Positions 11,301 to 23,500 of a stretch of 64,000 bases of DNA are shown in pieces. Position numbers and translations under genes: made by a program. How positions within the stretch are numbered: the first letter of the stretch is position 1; every line of letters starts with the position of its first letter. The stretch comes from Eukaryota sp. TZLM1-RC (taxonomy: Eukaryota; Protista; Metamonada: BaSk clade): assembly GCA_040285825.1 (NCBI GenBank), contig JAUPSS010000002.1:1364001-1428000 (forward strand), written 5' to 3'. Below the pieces are notes generated by a model that saw nothing but the letters and a program-made list of their open reading frames with translations, searched no databases and was not told the DNA's origin.

Positions 11301-11918
11301 GTCAAGGGAGTTGAATTTGGGGACTCTCAAATGGTTATTACTGGTCTCTTGACAGCTCTTTTGTTCTTTGTGGTGTCTCGTAGTCAGCCAGAAAAGGATC
11401 AATACTTATCATTTTGCCGACCACCACCAAGAGTAATTTCATTTTACACTGTTTTTTCTGTTGCTTTTCAATGTATAACCCATTTTTTTGCACTCAAGTT
11501 TGGACTTTTTCTTCTCGGGCCAGAAGCTGTAAATAAAGTCGTGGATGTAACTGACTTTGATTCGGAATTTCAGCCTTCCTCCATTAGTTCCCTGGTGTTT
11601 ATTCTTTCTCAAGCGTTCAGCTGTGCAACCTTTATCATTAACTATAGGGGCAAACCGTTTTCTTTACCTATATTTAGAAATAAGCCTCTAATCTATTCAT
11701 CAATTGGCTTTTACTTTTTCATTTTCTCCTTTTTACTCCTTCCAGAATGTTTTTTACATACATGTCTTCACATCATTTCCTTTTCCTGGGATGTAAGGTT
11801 CAAACTGCTTGGGATCATTGCTGTTGATTTCTTATTTTGTTTTAGTTTCGAATGGTTCTTCAAAACTTTGTTTACGGAAAGACAGATTACGCCTCCTGTA
11901 ACTCCAATTCGAAATTGA
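8394..11918 (+). CDS. ATP13A1: P5A-type ATPase (ATP13A1/Spf1)
   Basis: LTGES, [17 protein letters not shown], KGAPE and GDGSND motifs, plus [29 protein letters not shown]. Confidence 0.95.
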   Translation: [1174 protein letters not shown]

Positions 11919-11964
11919 TTAAGTTTTTTGTAGATAAACAATGGTTACTATAATATTTATTGTT

Positions 11965-13221
11965 TCAACATTCTTCACATACAAGATTTCTATTCTCTTC
12001 ACATTTGGATTCAATAATACCAATATAACCACTGAGGTGTTCTTCAACACTATTTGCTTCAATTGCTAAATCATTATTAATAAAATCTGCCTTGGTAATT
12101 GTCAATTTAAAAAGATTTGTGTTAAACTTTATAGCACAACTTAGACTTTTTAAAACCGAAAGGGATGACGTGTTGGACCTTAGATCTAACCAACGCAATT
12201 TTGAAATACTTAGAGCCTCTGCCAATGAAATAAAGGCCAATTTGTCCAAATTAACACCAGCTAATCCCAAGAAACGAAGAGACCTAATGCCTGTCATTAA
12301 AGAATAGACATCTTCAGAGTCAATACGGCAAGAATTGTTCCCTAATTCCAAGTTTTGTAGGGTCTTACACTGAATTATGCTAGACAGAAGGGGCTTTAAA
12401 GGTTCGGAGAAACAGTTCCATAACACCATAGATTTAATGCTGGTTTTGGCACCAAAAAACACAGACATTGTGGAGAGAGCAACAGAGGACCCCTTTATGG
12501 ATAAATGAACCAACGAAGGACATTTCGCCAGGGAGCTGAATCCAAGGTTCAATAATGATTTATTCTGTATAAAGTTATTGCACAAATTGACTTCTTGAAT
12601 GGATGTGTTACACGATAGTCCTTGGAACAAGTAGATGAAGAAAGAGAGAGAGAAAGACGTTAAGCAAGTAAGATTTAAGACTCGAACATTGGATCTAGAA
12701 CAAACTTCTTGGAATCTTTTTGCTTCAGACACAGTCATGGTAGTTGAGAATCCATTCCGTGATAGGTCAATATTACGTACTGTTGGAGCTCGAAGGGATG
12801 ACAATAGTAGATTGGATGCTTCACTTAGTCCATTGTTCACTAGCCGAACTGAAATAACCCGGGAAATTGGTAGTATTTTGGATAGTGTTTCTTGAATTCT
12901 TGGAGAGAGAAACACTCCTGAGAGGTCAAGAAATCTAACTGTTGTTAAATGTGACGGTGTACTCTCTATCAAATCAAGGGTAAGCTTGTGCATAGATTCA
13001 GGATAGATCGTACAGATACCCTCACAGCTGTACAACTCTCCATCTGAATCCTCAACTGGTCATTTAATAACATATACATCATTTGCCATGGGAACATTAT
13101 TGAATAACAACAATAAGATTGTGTTGTGGACATACTTGGGTACTTTTCTTGGGCATTTTTCTGCATTTCTGCACCATGGATCCTTTGAAAGAATCTCGGG
13201 TGTCAAATTTGACAATGACAT
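11965..13221 (-). CDS. Leucine-rich repeat (RNI-like) protein; probable 27-nt intron at 13051-13077
   Basis: Repeated LxxLxLxxN motifs. The upstream in-frame ORF is separated by one TGA inside GTATAT...TTGAG. Start could be 13221 or 13089. Confidence 0.7.
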
Positions 13222-13530
13222 CGATGAAGCTAATCTGATGCTGATAGTATTGTACAATTTTCGTATTGCTTTCCCATTTTCTTTAAACAGAAGACTGTCA
13301 GTAGAAGCAACAAAGTTTTTGAATGAATTACCAAAAATTTATCAAGAAAAAACAGTATATGAGATTTGATATCTTTTCAGAACTTTGATTCAATTCGCAA
13401 TAGTTTATATATTATCACGGTTATTAGGACGGATATTAAATGGATGAAGGTTATATAGCTGAGGTTTTGGCTCAATGAATTTCATTCCATTATTGCTTAA
13501 TTTGTTTCATTAAGTGTTGATGTTCAATTA
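13205..13530 (+). mobile_element. Degenerate family B retrotransposon 3' fragment
   Basis: KFDNDIDEAN...IAFPFSLNRRLSVEA and a 3' UTR resembling family B. Confidence 0.7.
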
Positions 13531-13959
13531 AATACAGAAGCAAATCTTAAATTTGTTAAGATTAATTAAGATATTGGTATCGTTTTAAGTCCATTTTGTG
13601 TTTGAAAAAATAGAATATGCATCCAGTTTCGAGAACAGTCATGAGTCATGACTTATGATGTCCACAACTTCAGCAAAGAATATGTACAAAATACTATTCC
13701 AATTATGGCAAATTCTGATGCAATTGGGATGTAATTTATTTTCAGTGATAGAGCATCAAAAACTTCATTCACCTTGTCTTTTACCGCTTTATGGTTATAA
13801 ATTGATGCTTTGAAATAACATGTTGTTTAATCAAAATTTTATTTTCCCATCAGCAGAAGGTGAACTAACTACTGGATTTTACTGTCAATGTTACAAATAA
13901 TATTCTTTACGTCAAAGTTTAAATATCCCCAAAATACCACATACTTTAAATCATATACA

Positions 13960-14717
13960 ATTTATTGAATTTGCACACTTGATTAAATTAAATCATAACT
14001 AATGGGACGACTATCATTAAACCAAGATTTCCTCTACAAAATCTTGATTTGCTTGCTGTCTAGCTAAAGCTTCTCTAATTCGATTGAAAAACCGCGGTAA
14101 TCTATTAATAATGGCAAATTGAATCCGTGAACGCCATAAAAAAATATCAAATCTTTTCATTGTTTTTTCTTTCACCATTTTTTGGAAGTCATCCAAAAAA
14201 GTTTCTGCTTCAACTGATAATCTTCCATTTATCGAAAATGGGAAAGCAATAAAAACCAGCTGTGTATTTCTATCGACATTTGCATCTTCAATTTCTTTAT
14301 CATATTTTCTGTGTTTTTCTTTTGCTTTAAAATCCAGAGCAGCCACAGGATTAAGTTTTCTTCTGTGAACCAAAGTATCGTTTGCAACATTACATGAGAC
14401 AAAGTCAACAATAGCTTCAGAATCATCAATCCAATCACAGTATACATCACCTCTATCATCAGAACCAAAATTATTCAGAGAAAGTGTTTCCTTCAGCAGG
14501 GGCTCTTTGATACACGATATCCTTGCAGTTTGTGCCATATTGAAAACAGTGTCTCTAACAGCATCATGTAATGAAGAACGATAAGTTATCAATTTAGAGC
14601 AATTTAGAGCATGACGCAAAGTGAGTTGAGGTGAATTCGAACAAATACATTTTTCTTCTGATAATAATTGGTTAATGGGGATGTTCAAATATAATCTCAT
14701 TTTTGTTACAAATGCTT
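13960..14717 (-). mobile_element. Family B retrotransposon 3' fragment with intact zinc-knuckle/RLE ORF (14017-14700)
   Basis: CIC..HALNC..HDAVRD..EP..RGD..D..K motifs. Confidence 0.9.
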
Positions 14718-14889
14718 ACACGTACTTTGGAAAACAATATCCTATGCAAACAAATAGTTACCAAATGTTCAAAGAATACTGCTGTGGTTTCATTCCATTG
14801 TAGAAAAGTTCACTGATTAAACAAATGAATGTATTTGGATAAAAATTGAAAGGTGATAATCAACTTGTTAATTGTGAATCACAAAAAAA

Positions 14890-17070
14890 CCAACATCATG
14901 CTCACAGCTGATGAACTAAAACATCTTCTATAGCAGATTGTAGATGTTGACGTGCAGTGACATCATCTTGGATCTAAACTGCTAGTATAATTTTATTCAT
15001 AATTTCCTTTCAGATTTTTACTTCTTGTTTTTCAGTTTCACTGTGTGTGCCTAGACCGATAACCGAGTTTGTTTTGACAATAAAGAGGTTGATGGGTTTT
15101 CTGAGAAACAGCCCCAGAACCGCTAAATCCACTTACTTAAGTTTTTTGATAATGAATTTCGGAATGAGTCTCTGTGGGAACTGTTTTCAAAAAAATAGAA
15201 ATTGTGAGAAAAATCAAAAAGTAGAAGGAATTTAATGAAAGATTAATGACTGCAAAATTGAATTAACATAGGAGCATTGATGTTTTTTCAAAATTAAAGG
15301 GATTATGTCCACTTATTTTACATGTCGAAAATGAAAACACACACGTTTTATTCACCAAAATATAATTTAGATAAATACTGATCTTCTCAAATCAACCTTG
15401 TGACAACTTATCACAGTGCAATTCGACAGTCTCAAGCCCTTAATTAAACGCAATTGTTTCAGACTTAGTCATAATCCCAGTTTCTCCCAAACTATTAAAA
15501 TAAAGAAATACACAACCAGAAATCCACATCCAAGACCTACCTCCCCTTCATCGAAACAGTTAATTGCTAATGATTCAGAAAATTTACCAAAAGAAGAAAG
15601 TGAATCAGAAATTGATTTCACCATTCCCGTATAAAGGGCAATTACAATCCTGTTTTACCAGTAAACACGGCTGAAAATTTTCCAATCCTTTCCTTTACAA
15701 ATACAAAAAAATTCTTAAGGAAAGCCGAAACAGCCTTACTTCAAAATCCGAGCAAAGAAAAAACAAAGGGACTTAAATTATATCGGGCATCAGAATTTTC
15801 ATTAACTGAGGAAATGGGTTTCGCGTATTAAGCAATTTTATATTTTTCGCCAGCAAGATGAAGATTTTTTACATCTGAGTTAATGAAATGTTCGTTAGAA
15901 GAGTTACAAGGGTTAATAGACATGGCATCTAAAATAGTCAAACTACTATTTAGGCCGGGAACAACCAGCTCACTTCTTGTCAGACCCATAGATCCTCTTC
16001 TGTAGCGCGCACTATCAATATTGGGGTCATCGTGAATTAATTTTGATGGCAAAGGCTCTAAAAAGGAATCTACTCGACATGATTTGCACATTACATAAAT
16101 TTGGTCCCTGTCATTATAATGTACTTTTCTTCTAAATGTAATAACCTGCTTGAAGTTCAAAAGATGAGTAAGCAAAAGAGGTTTACCACTTCTGCATGTA
16201 AAATGATTAAACAAATTGTTGGGCCATAAGAAACAACGAACACGCATGTTTAAAAGTCATCCATTGTTTTTTAACAGAAGCCCATAAAAAAGGGGAAGTT
16301 GAGGGACTGAAGCATCTGCAGAACTATTAGGAGTGTTTTTTGAAAGATTTCAGAAGGCTGGATATTCAGTTTGGACCAAGCCAAGTCCTACTTCATAATC
16401 CAAGCTTTCATATAATTAAACCAGATGATACTGAAGCTTTTTCAGGCAAAATCGTCAATTTGGGAATGATTGGTTGGGAATTTCTTGAACATTTTGAGGA
16501 AAACACTGAATCCAGATATCACTGGACAAATTATCTAATTCAAATTGAAAGTAGATTTAAATAAAAATTTGATACACCATAGATCATATTCACATTATAA
16601 GATAACCTTTGAAAAAATTCAAAAACGAAATTGTTGCCACCTCCCAAAATTCTTGCTTTAAATAAAATCGAAGATTTCGTGAATCCAAATCCACCCAATT
16701 CAGCAGAACAAAAACATGACTCCGAATTAAAGAATCATTTATCTCCGATAAAGAAGACAAAAACTTGACCCGAAGTTTGTTGAAATAATGAAGGAAGAGT
16801 TGACCTTAAAATATGAGTGAATTTTCCAGAATAACAAATGTTTAAAATAAAAAATTTGATGTGTTTTTCGATATCAAATTCAGCAATAAAACTTGATCAA
16901 AATTCTCGAATTATTTGTTCAACTGGGATTAAATTTCATTTTAAATTACCTAACCAACATCCAAGAAATTAAGGCTTGGTGGTCATAATTAATAAAGGGA
17001 ATCTGAGCACCACCAACCATTAAAGAATGTTGTTTTTCTACCAATCAAGAGACATTTAGATGAGTTCTCT
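14890..17070 (-). mobile_element. Family C CRE-like retrotransposon remnant with a ~600-bp 3' extension (14890-15500)
   Basis: MRVRCFLWPNNL...SFLEP...LDAMSINP fragments. The whole block is repeated at 59919-61790. Confidence 0.8.
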
Positions 17071-17074
17071 AAAA

Positions 17075-17870
17075 AACTAATTTCACTTGAATAATAATAA
17101 TTGCACTAGTTTAATATCACAGCAACCAAGGCCATGTGATCTTCACTTAACAAATGAAGCTTGGAAACAAAACATGCGTTTGAGATTGGGGCTGTATCCC
17201 AGTGGTCTTTTGGATAATTCTGTTTGTATTTGTAATGAAAAACCTACTACCAATTTCCGTCATATTGTTAGTTGTAAGAAATTCCTTCAATATCGGTCAG
17301 TTCTTCATTATGCCGTTCGTGATGTGACATATGAGATGTTCAAGTGTTCCAATTTTAGTTGCAAAGTAGAACCGTTGTTGAAGCATTATAGCGATAATAA
17401 TCTGTTTAATTCACGTCGAGGTGATTTAATTGCTCCTTTTGTGGATATCTCCAAAGTTGTTGTTGATTTTACTACAGTTGATCCCTTTGCTTTTTTTATC
17501 GTGATTATGTTTTAGTTAGTTCTACTGGTCATTTAAACAAGGCTGGGGATCGTAAAAGAGACAAATATACTGAGATATTAAATGATTTAAATCAGAACCT
17601 TTACTCGTTTGTTCCTTTTGCCGTTTCGATTTTTGGCAACATTGGACAGTCTTCCTTGAATTTTATCAATGATTTTGGTAATTTATGTCGTTCAAGTGGT
17701 AAGACTTTTGCAGGGAATTTATGGAAGAATCGTATCATTTTTACTTTGTACAGAAGTGTTCCCAAGTACTTAATGATGTCCAAGCTGTATAAGGATTCAT
17801 CAAGAGTTGGCGTGGAGAATTTTGTTTCTTATGTGTTTTAGTTTGTTTTGCTTTGTTTCTTCGTAGAAAA
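17075..17870 (+). mobile_element. Family D CRE-like retrotransposon 3' fragment
   Basis: MRLRLGL...CIC..H..C..H.AVRD..VEP..RRGD..D. Near-identical to 41309-42083. Confidence 0.9.
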
Positions 17871-17909
17871 ATGATTTTACTTGATAATTTTCTTCATTGT
17901 CGACAAACA

Positions 17910-20222
17910 ATGGTACGTCCTTTCTACGAATCATATGAGGAAGATCCTCTTCGCCCCACTATCTTTGACAACTTTAGAACAACTGCCCAGCTTTATCCAG
18001 ACAGACCATGTCTCGGCACTCGTGAATACCTTCCAGATGGTTCCCGTGGTGAGTTTTCCTTTATCAACTATCGTGAAACTGCCCAGTGGGTGGACGACGT
18101 TTGTCATGCCATTCACAGCACTGGTCTTTGCAACATTGACCGTGAAACTCCCACCCCAATCCCTCACATTAATGTAGGTATCATTGGGTCCAACTCAGCG
18201 TCTTGGGTGGTCACTGACCTTGCTTGTCAGAAGCTGGGTCTAGTGACGGTCCCCATCTATTCTTCCCTCAAGCAGTCTGAGATTCTTACCGTAGCTAAGG
18301 ATGCAGAGCTCTCTGCTATTGCTGTCAACGAAGAAAACTTCAAATTTGCCGTTGACCAGCTGCTAAATCATGTAAGACCTTTCAAAGATCCTCTTGCTGG
18401 GTCTGAGGAGGTATGCAGACTTTTAATCTTTATGGTGGACACTCCTGAGGTGTCTGACGAAATTAAGATTCAATTGAGAGCTCTCATGGACTTTGGAATT
18501 AGGATCCTTATCGTCCAGCAACCCACAATCTTTTCCGACTCCAATTCCAGAGATTTTTGTCCTATTTGCACCAAATTAGACTCCAACAACCCCGTCTGTG
18601 ATCCTGAAAGTCCTTGTACCATCATTTACACTTCTGGTTCTACGGGAACACCAAAGGGAGCCGTCCTCTCTCATACTAACCTAATGGCTGCTCTGTTTGG
18701 CTTCAGAACCAACCTGCCAGCCTCAAACATAATGCTTAATGAGAACTTTACCGGCGAAGAATCCGATAAGCACCCCAAGGTCCTCTCTTACCTACCTTTG
18801 GAACACGTTCTAGGCAGGCAAATTCCTTGGTTGAACTTTTTAATGGGAGGTTCTGTTTGTTTTTGGAGCAGGAATCCCAAAACTCTGGCTGAGGACATTA
18901 AATACTGCAGACCTTCATATTTTGTTGGTGTTCCAAGGGTTTTTCACCGGATCATCAATTCAGTCTTTGAGAAGGTTGAGAACTCCAACTTTTTAGTTCG
19001 TAAGCTTTTCAGAATGGGGTTGCGGTCCAAGCTTAGTTCATTCGAATCTGATGGCTCTTTTGTTTCACCTTTCTGGGATAAATTGGTTTTTTCCAAAATT
19101 GCCCAAGCCCTGGGTGGCAATGTTCGGTCCATCATTTCAGGTAGTGCTCCATTGGGGGCCTCCACTGCTACCCTGGTCAGAGTTCTCTTCTCTTGTCCCC
19201 TTACTGAGGGTTATGGTTCTACTGAGACTGCTGCTTCCATCACTGCCCAGACGTTGAATGAAAAGAGCGTGGGGAACGTTGGAGTGGCTCTAGTTCCCAA
19301 GAATGGACTACGAATTGACCCTCTTGCTTATTTGGATGACTCTCAGCCATCTCTATCCAAAAGTGCAAAAGGCGAGATTTTGGTAAAGGGTATAACTGTT
19401 TTCCAAGGCTACTACAATGCTCCTGAAGCGACAAAGGGAATCATTGATGATCAAGGATGGCTTCATACAGGCGATGTCGGCAGTATTGATTCCAACGGCC
19501 AATTGCACATTTTGGATCGTGTTGGAAATATCTTCAAACTCGCCAATGGGTTATTCGTCTCGCCTGAATCAATTGAATCTGCATTTGCAAAGTGCACTCT
19601 TGTCTCCCCTATCTGGGTCACAGGTTCTTCTTCTCTCCGCTACCCTGTCGCTGTGGTCTGGCCAACTGACGATCTCTCTCCTGGTTGGACGTCAATGAAG
19701 GAAGAAGAAAGAGAACGGTACTTGGTAGAGCATGATGATGAAATGACTGTGAAGGTACTGAAAAGCTTCCAAGAATTGGGTCGAGCCGAAGGACTCAATG
19801 GGTATGAAATTCCTAGTAGAATTCTTATCGCCACCAATGATCCTACCCCTCAGTCTGGCTTGCTCACCCCCACTCTTAAACCCAGAAGAGGTATTCTAAA
19901 GAAGCATTTCAAGAATGAATTAGATGGCTTATTTTCTGAAGAACAAAAGGAACTTTCTGTTGGTGCCAAAGATTTCTCCAAATCTCAAGGGGAAAGCTAT
20001 CCTGAGCCAAATCCACTCTTTGCATGTTTACCAAATCTCCGCACTATTCCAAGTTTTGCTGAGTTACAGGCTTATGTGGAGCAAATTAAGCTTCCCGAGA
20101 TTAATTTCAATGTGAATGTCTTTAATAAATTTAGAAGACCTTCTAAGGATGAGGGGTATCGAAGTGATGAAGTTGGCCAAGGTAGGAACGAAGTCGATCA
20201 AGCAATAGATAATGGAAAGTAA
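17910..20222 (+). CDS. Long-chain acyl-CoA synthetase (ACSL family)
   Basis: YTSGSTGTPKG, SYLPL.H, EGYGSTE, GWLHTGDVG, DR..NIFKLANG and LLTPTLK motifs. First ATG at 17910. Confidence 0.93.
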   Translation: MVRPFYESYEEDPLRPTIFDNFRTTAQLYPDRPCLGTREYLPDGSRGEFSFINYRETAQWVDDVCHAIHSTGLCNIDRETPTPIPHINVGIIGSNSASWVVTDLACQKLGLVTVPIYSSLKQSEILTVAKDAELSAIAVNEENFKFAVDQLLNHVRPFKDPLAGSEEVCRLLIFMVDTPEVSDEIKIQLRALMDFGIRILIVQQPTIFSDSNSRDFCPICTKLDSNNPVCDPESPCTIIYTSGSTGTPKGAVLSHTNLMAALFGFRTNLPASNIMLNENFTGEESDKHPKVLSYLPLEHVLGRQIPWLNFLMGGSVCFWSRNPKTLAEDIKYCRPSYFVGVPRVFHRIINSVFEKVENSNFLVRKLFRMGLRSKLSSFESDGSFVSPFWDKLVFSKIAQALGGNVRSIISGSAPLGASTATLVRVLFSCPLTEGYGSTETAASITAQTLNEKSVGNVGVALVPKNGLRIDPLAYLDDSQPSLSKSAKGEILVKGITVFQGYYNAPEATKGIIDDQGWLHTGDVGSIDSNGQLHILDRVGNIFKLANGLFVSPESIESAFAKCTLVSPIWVTGSSSLRYPVAVVWPTDDLSPGWTSMKEEERERYLVEHDDEMTVKVLKSFQELGRAEGLNGYEIPSRILIATNDPTPQSGLLTPTLKPRRGILKKHFKNELDGLFSEEQKELSVGAKDFSKSQGESYPEPNPLFACLPNLRTIPSFAELQAYVEQIKLPEINFNVNVFNKFRRPSKDEGYRSDEVGQGRNEVDQAIDNGK

Positions 20223-20528
20223 ATGTATTTGAAACTCTATTAAAAGTTTTTTTTTGTTTTATTGTTGTATTCGATATCCACTTATACTATATCTTGCTCA
20301 TTCAAACAGTTAATACATTTTAATTTTAGTACGTTAATGTTGTAATTCTGGTTAGGAAACATTTTGTGTTGTATACACTTGAAATTTACACTATCATTAA
20401 AGTAATAACGGAATTCGGAATTGGTACAATTATAACACATGATAAACTCAACAAGTAAAATTAAAATTCAAGGAAATTAAAAAATTTATTATACAAGTAA
20501 CGTTAACAATAAATCTAGATTACTAATT

Positions 20529-23500
20529 TTAATTACGAAGTGCACAAAATAAAGCAGCTCCCCTTTTAATCCAATGCCCTTCTGGTTTATTGGTTGGTAA
20601 CTCAATGTTGACCACAAAATTTGTTGAATGTCCCGTAGTAGACAACGTTCCAGATCTACTGAGTGTTTTGTACAATGGACAATTATAAATACCATTTTCC
20701 GGTTTGACCCTATTTACAACTGGTAATAAGTGAATCACAGGGAACTTTGTAAAGAGTTCTTTGGGTGAGGATTCAACAAGGGAATTCTCTTCAAAAGACC
20801 AAGCTGCACCTTCAAGATACATTCCATAAATGTAGCACCCATCTTCTGGTCGTTCAGTAATTTCCTTTGGACTGGTTTCAATAACATTATAAGAAAAAGA
20901 TATCCGGTCCATTGAAACAACATGCTTTCGAGCAAAATTCTGAAGAACTCCTGTAAGGAAACCTTGTGGAAAGAAGACAGAAGAGATATTAAAGACTGGA
21001 GGGAACCCTTCATCATACCATTTATCAATAAAAGCCAATCGCTCCTTCAAATCCGAAATCCAAAAAGATAAAGATTTCAGAGAAGGATAAGCCACTTTAC
21101 TCCACATACTTGGCACAATGTTATTATATATCGAGTTTGCCATCTCATCCAACTCTGCTGACAAAACAATCAAACCCTTGAGAGCCTTGACAAGATTATT
21201 GAGGGAGGTGTTCATGACTGCTAACAACTTATTGTATCTCAATACTTCCTGTTGCAAGACACAGTTCATGGATTCTGAATATTGAATTGGGAACTTTTCG
21301 CAAATCTTTTCCATCGAGTAAACCGGATGTAATGTCTCCAAGGTCTCAGTCGCTATTTTCATTACAACATCTTCTCTCGTGAGACCACCAACAGCAGAGG
21401 AAGTTGAAGGTTGTACAAGCAAAAGGTTACCAAAGAGTTTAAGAGTTTGATTGACAGCATATGAAATTCCTGCATTTGAATGAAGACCAAAAGTTTCCAC
21501 AGGGGTGTTCAGTGGCATTTTTCTCAAATAATCAATACAATCTTTGACTCCAAAGTCTCCAAATTTAGCAAAATCGTGGTCATCAGATTCAACAACAAAA
21601 GTATCCATACAATCCGCCAGTAAAACATCTACAATACGTTGATCAGCCTTGTCTGTGATTCTTCCTCCAAAAGCAATCTGCCCAATGAGGAAGCGAAGTG
21701 CGTCAAAGGGAATATCACCTTCTGTATTAAGCAAAGATCGGAGGTTCTGAATGGAGACCTTCTTATCAGATTCATTCCACTCATAAGGAATATTAAAACC
21801 AATTGATCCAAAATTTTTACGCTCCAAAAGTTGCGCATGAAAGAAACAAACAGCATATAGTAATCTTCTCCATGCATTGGTTTTCATTGGATGGTCTAGA
21901 AAATCTTCGCTGAAATGATAATATGAACGTAATAAATTTGCCCGAAGGCCCATAGGAGGCTCATTTGTCATCTTAACACCATTCTGCAGGACAGTAACGG
22001 GGAAACTCTTTGAGGGCATAGAGGTCAGCCACAAGCGGAAATCTGGTTTAACTTTATCAGGGTCTAATTGTTCAATAATGGCTTCCAGTGTTGGCATCCA
22101 AGAAGAAGCCAAATGGCAGTTTTGAAGCAAAACCCAATGGCCTTGTTGAGATGCTTGCGCAATCAACTCAGCGGCCTTGTCTCCCTGGCCTTGACCAAGA
22201 GAGATATGGGATAGTTTGGACCTCATTCTCATTTTATCAGCAAAATCAAATAAATCAGAAGCTGGATCTGCACCTGGGGACAGAACAAAAATCAGAGGAG
22301 AAAGATTTGTTGAATCTCTAAAGGAAGAAGCCAAATCAAAAGTAGGAGGAATAATAAATTTTTCCCCAAGAGATCGTGCCACGTAACCCTGAACTGCCTC
22401 AATAACTTTATCATTACGAATACACCGAACAACCAAGAGTCTTTGGAAGGCAGACAGATTTGAATTCCAAGGTTCAGGGAATGGAGCTTGATGGGCTTCC
22501 GATGAATCAAACACTTTTTTCCATTCATCAATTACATCTATAAAATTAGAATCAAATCCCTCAAAGCTACTTAATTGAGCTAAATTAGAAATTTCAGACC
22601 ACATTTCATTAGTAATCCAACCACCGGGATTTTGCAAGTCAAAGGAAGTCAAAGGACCTCCAGAGATAAAGAACTTATACTCTGCTGGGTCAATTTCTCC
22701 TGCTTTTTGTTGAATTCTTATTGTCATTAAAAAGGAAAAAAGCAACTTATGGCGTTCAAATAGCGACCTGCATATATTTTCATATAGTGAAAACTTTAAA
22801 TATTCAGATAAGTTTGTCAGCCTATTTTCCAATACTTCATCCTGCTCTGCAGCGTGAATTCCCTTGATAAAAAGAGAAATGAACCATTGAAGCGAGTACT
22901 GGTACATCGGATCAACATTAGCAATATCAATAACGCAAAAGTAAAGAGTGGCAGAAAGATCAGCGACTGGGAAATACTGCAATCTTGTATTATTGATTTC
23001 AGCTTCAGTAATTTCAGCTTCCTTTACTTTTTCCTTAATTTGGGAGGCCATATCCTTTGAATGGGCCAGAATATTAATTGCTGAATCATTCTCCAATAAC
23101 TCCTCTTGAGATGTCTCCACCAAAACCTTTAACATATCATCTTCGATTTGACGGAGCTCCTTGGCCATTTTAGCATTATCTCTGATTAACTTAGATCTCA
23201 TTTGTTCCAGCTCAGGCTTCTCCTCTACAACCAACTTTGACAGTAATTGATCCTCCAACCCTGCCATGGTGATGGTGAAGTTCAGCAGAGTCACTTTAAC
23301 GGAAGTTTCTGGTGCATAGTGGGGGTTTGGCAGCTTTGAAGTAATGAATAACTTGAAATCAGGATGATATGCAATCGTTTGGTCACCCAACCTAATCATT
23401 TCAGTTCCACCTTCCTTAAAAGTACTTCTCAAAAGCAAAGGTTCAAGTGAAGGAGGGAATTGTTCACCAACATTTTCTAGCAGAATGGCTCTTCCAAAGC

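Noticed and set aside
14905-14950. CTGATGA motifs (also at 59936 and in the 140-bp LTR) as hammerhead ribozymes
   Set aside because: No correctly placed GAAA or three-stem junction.
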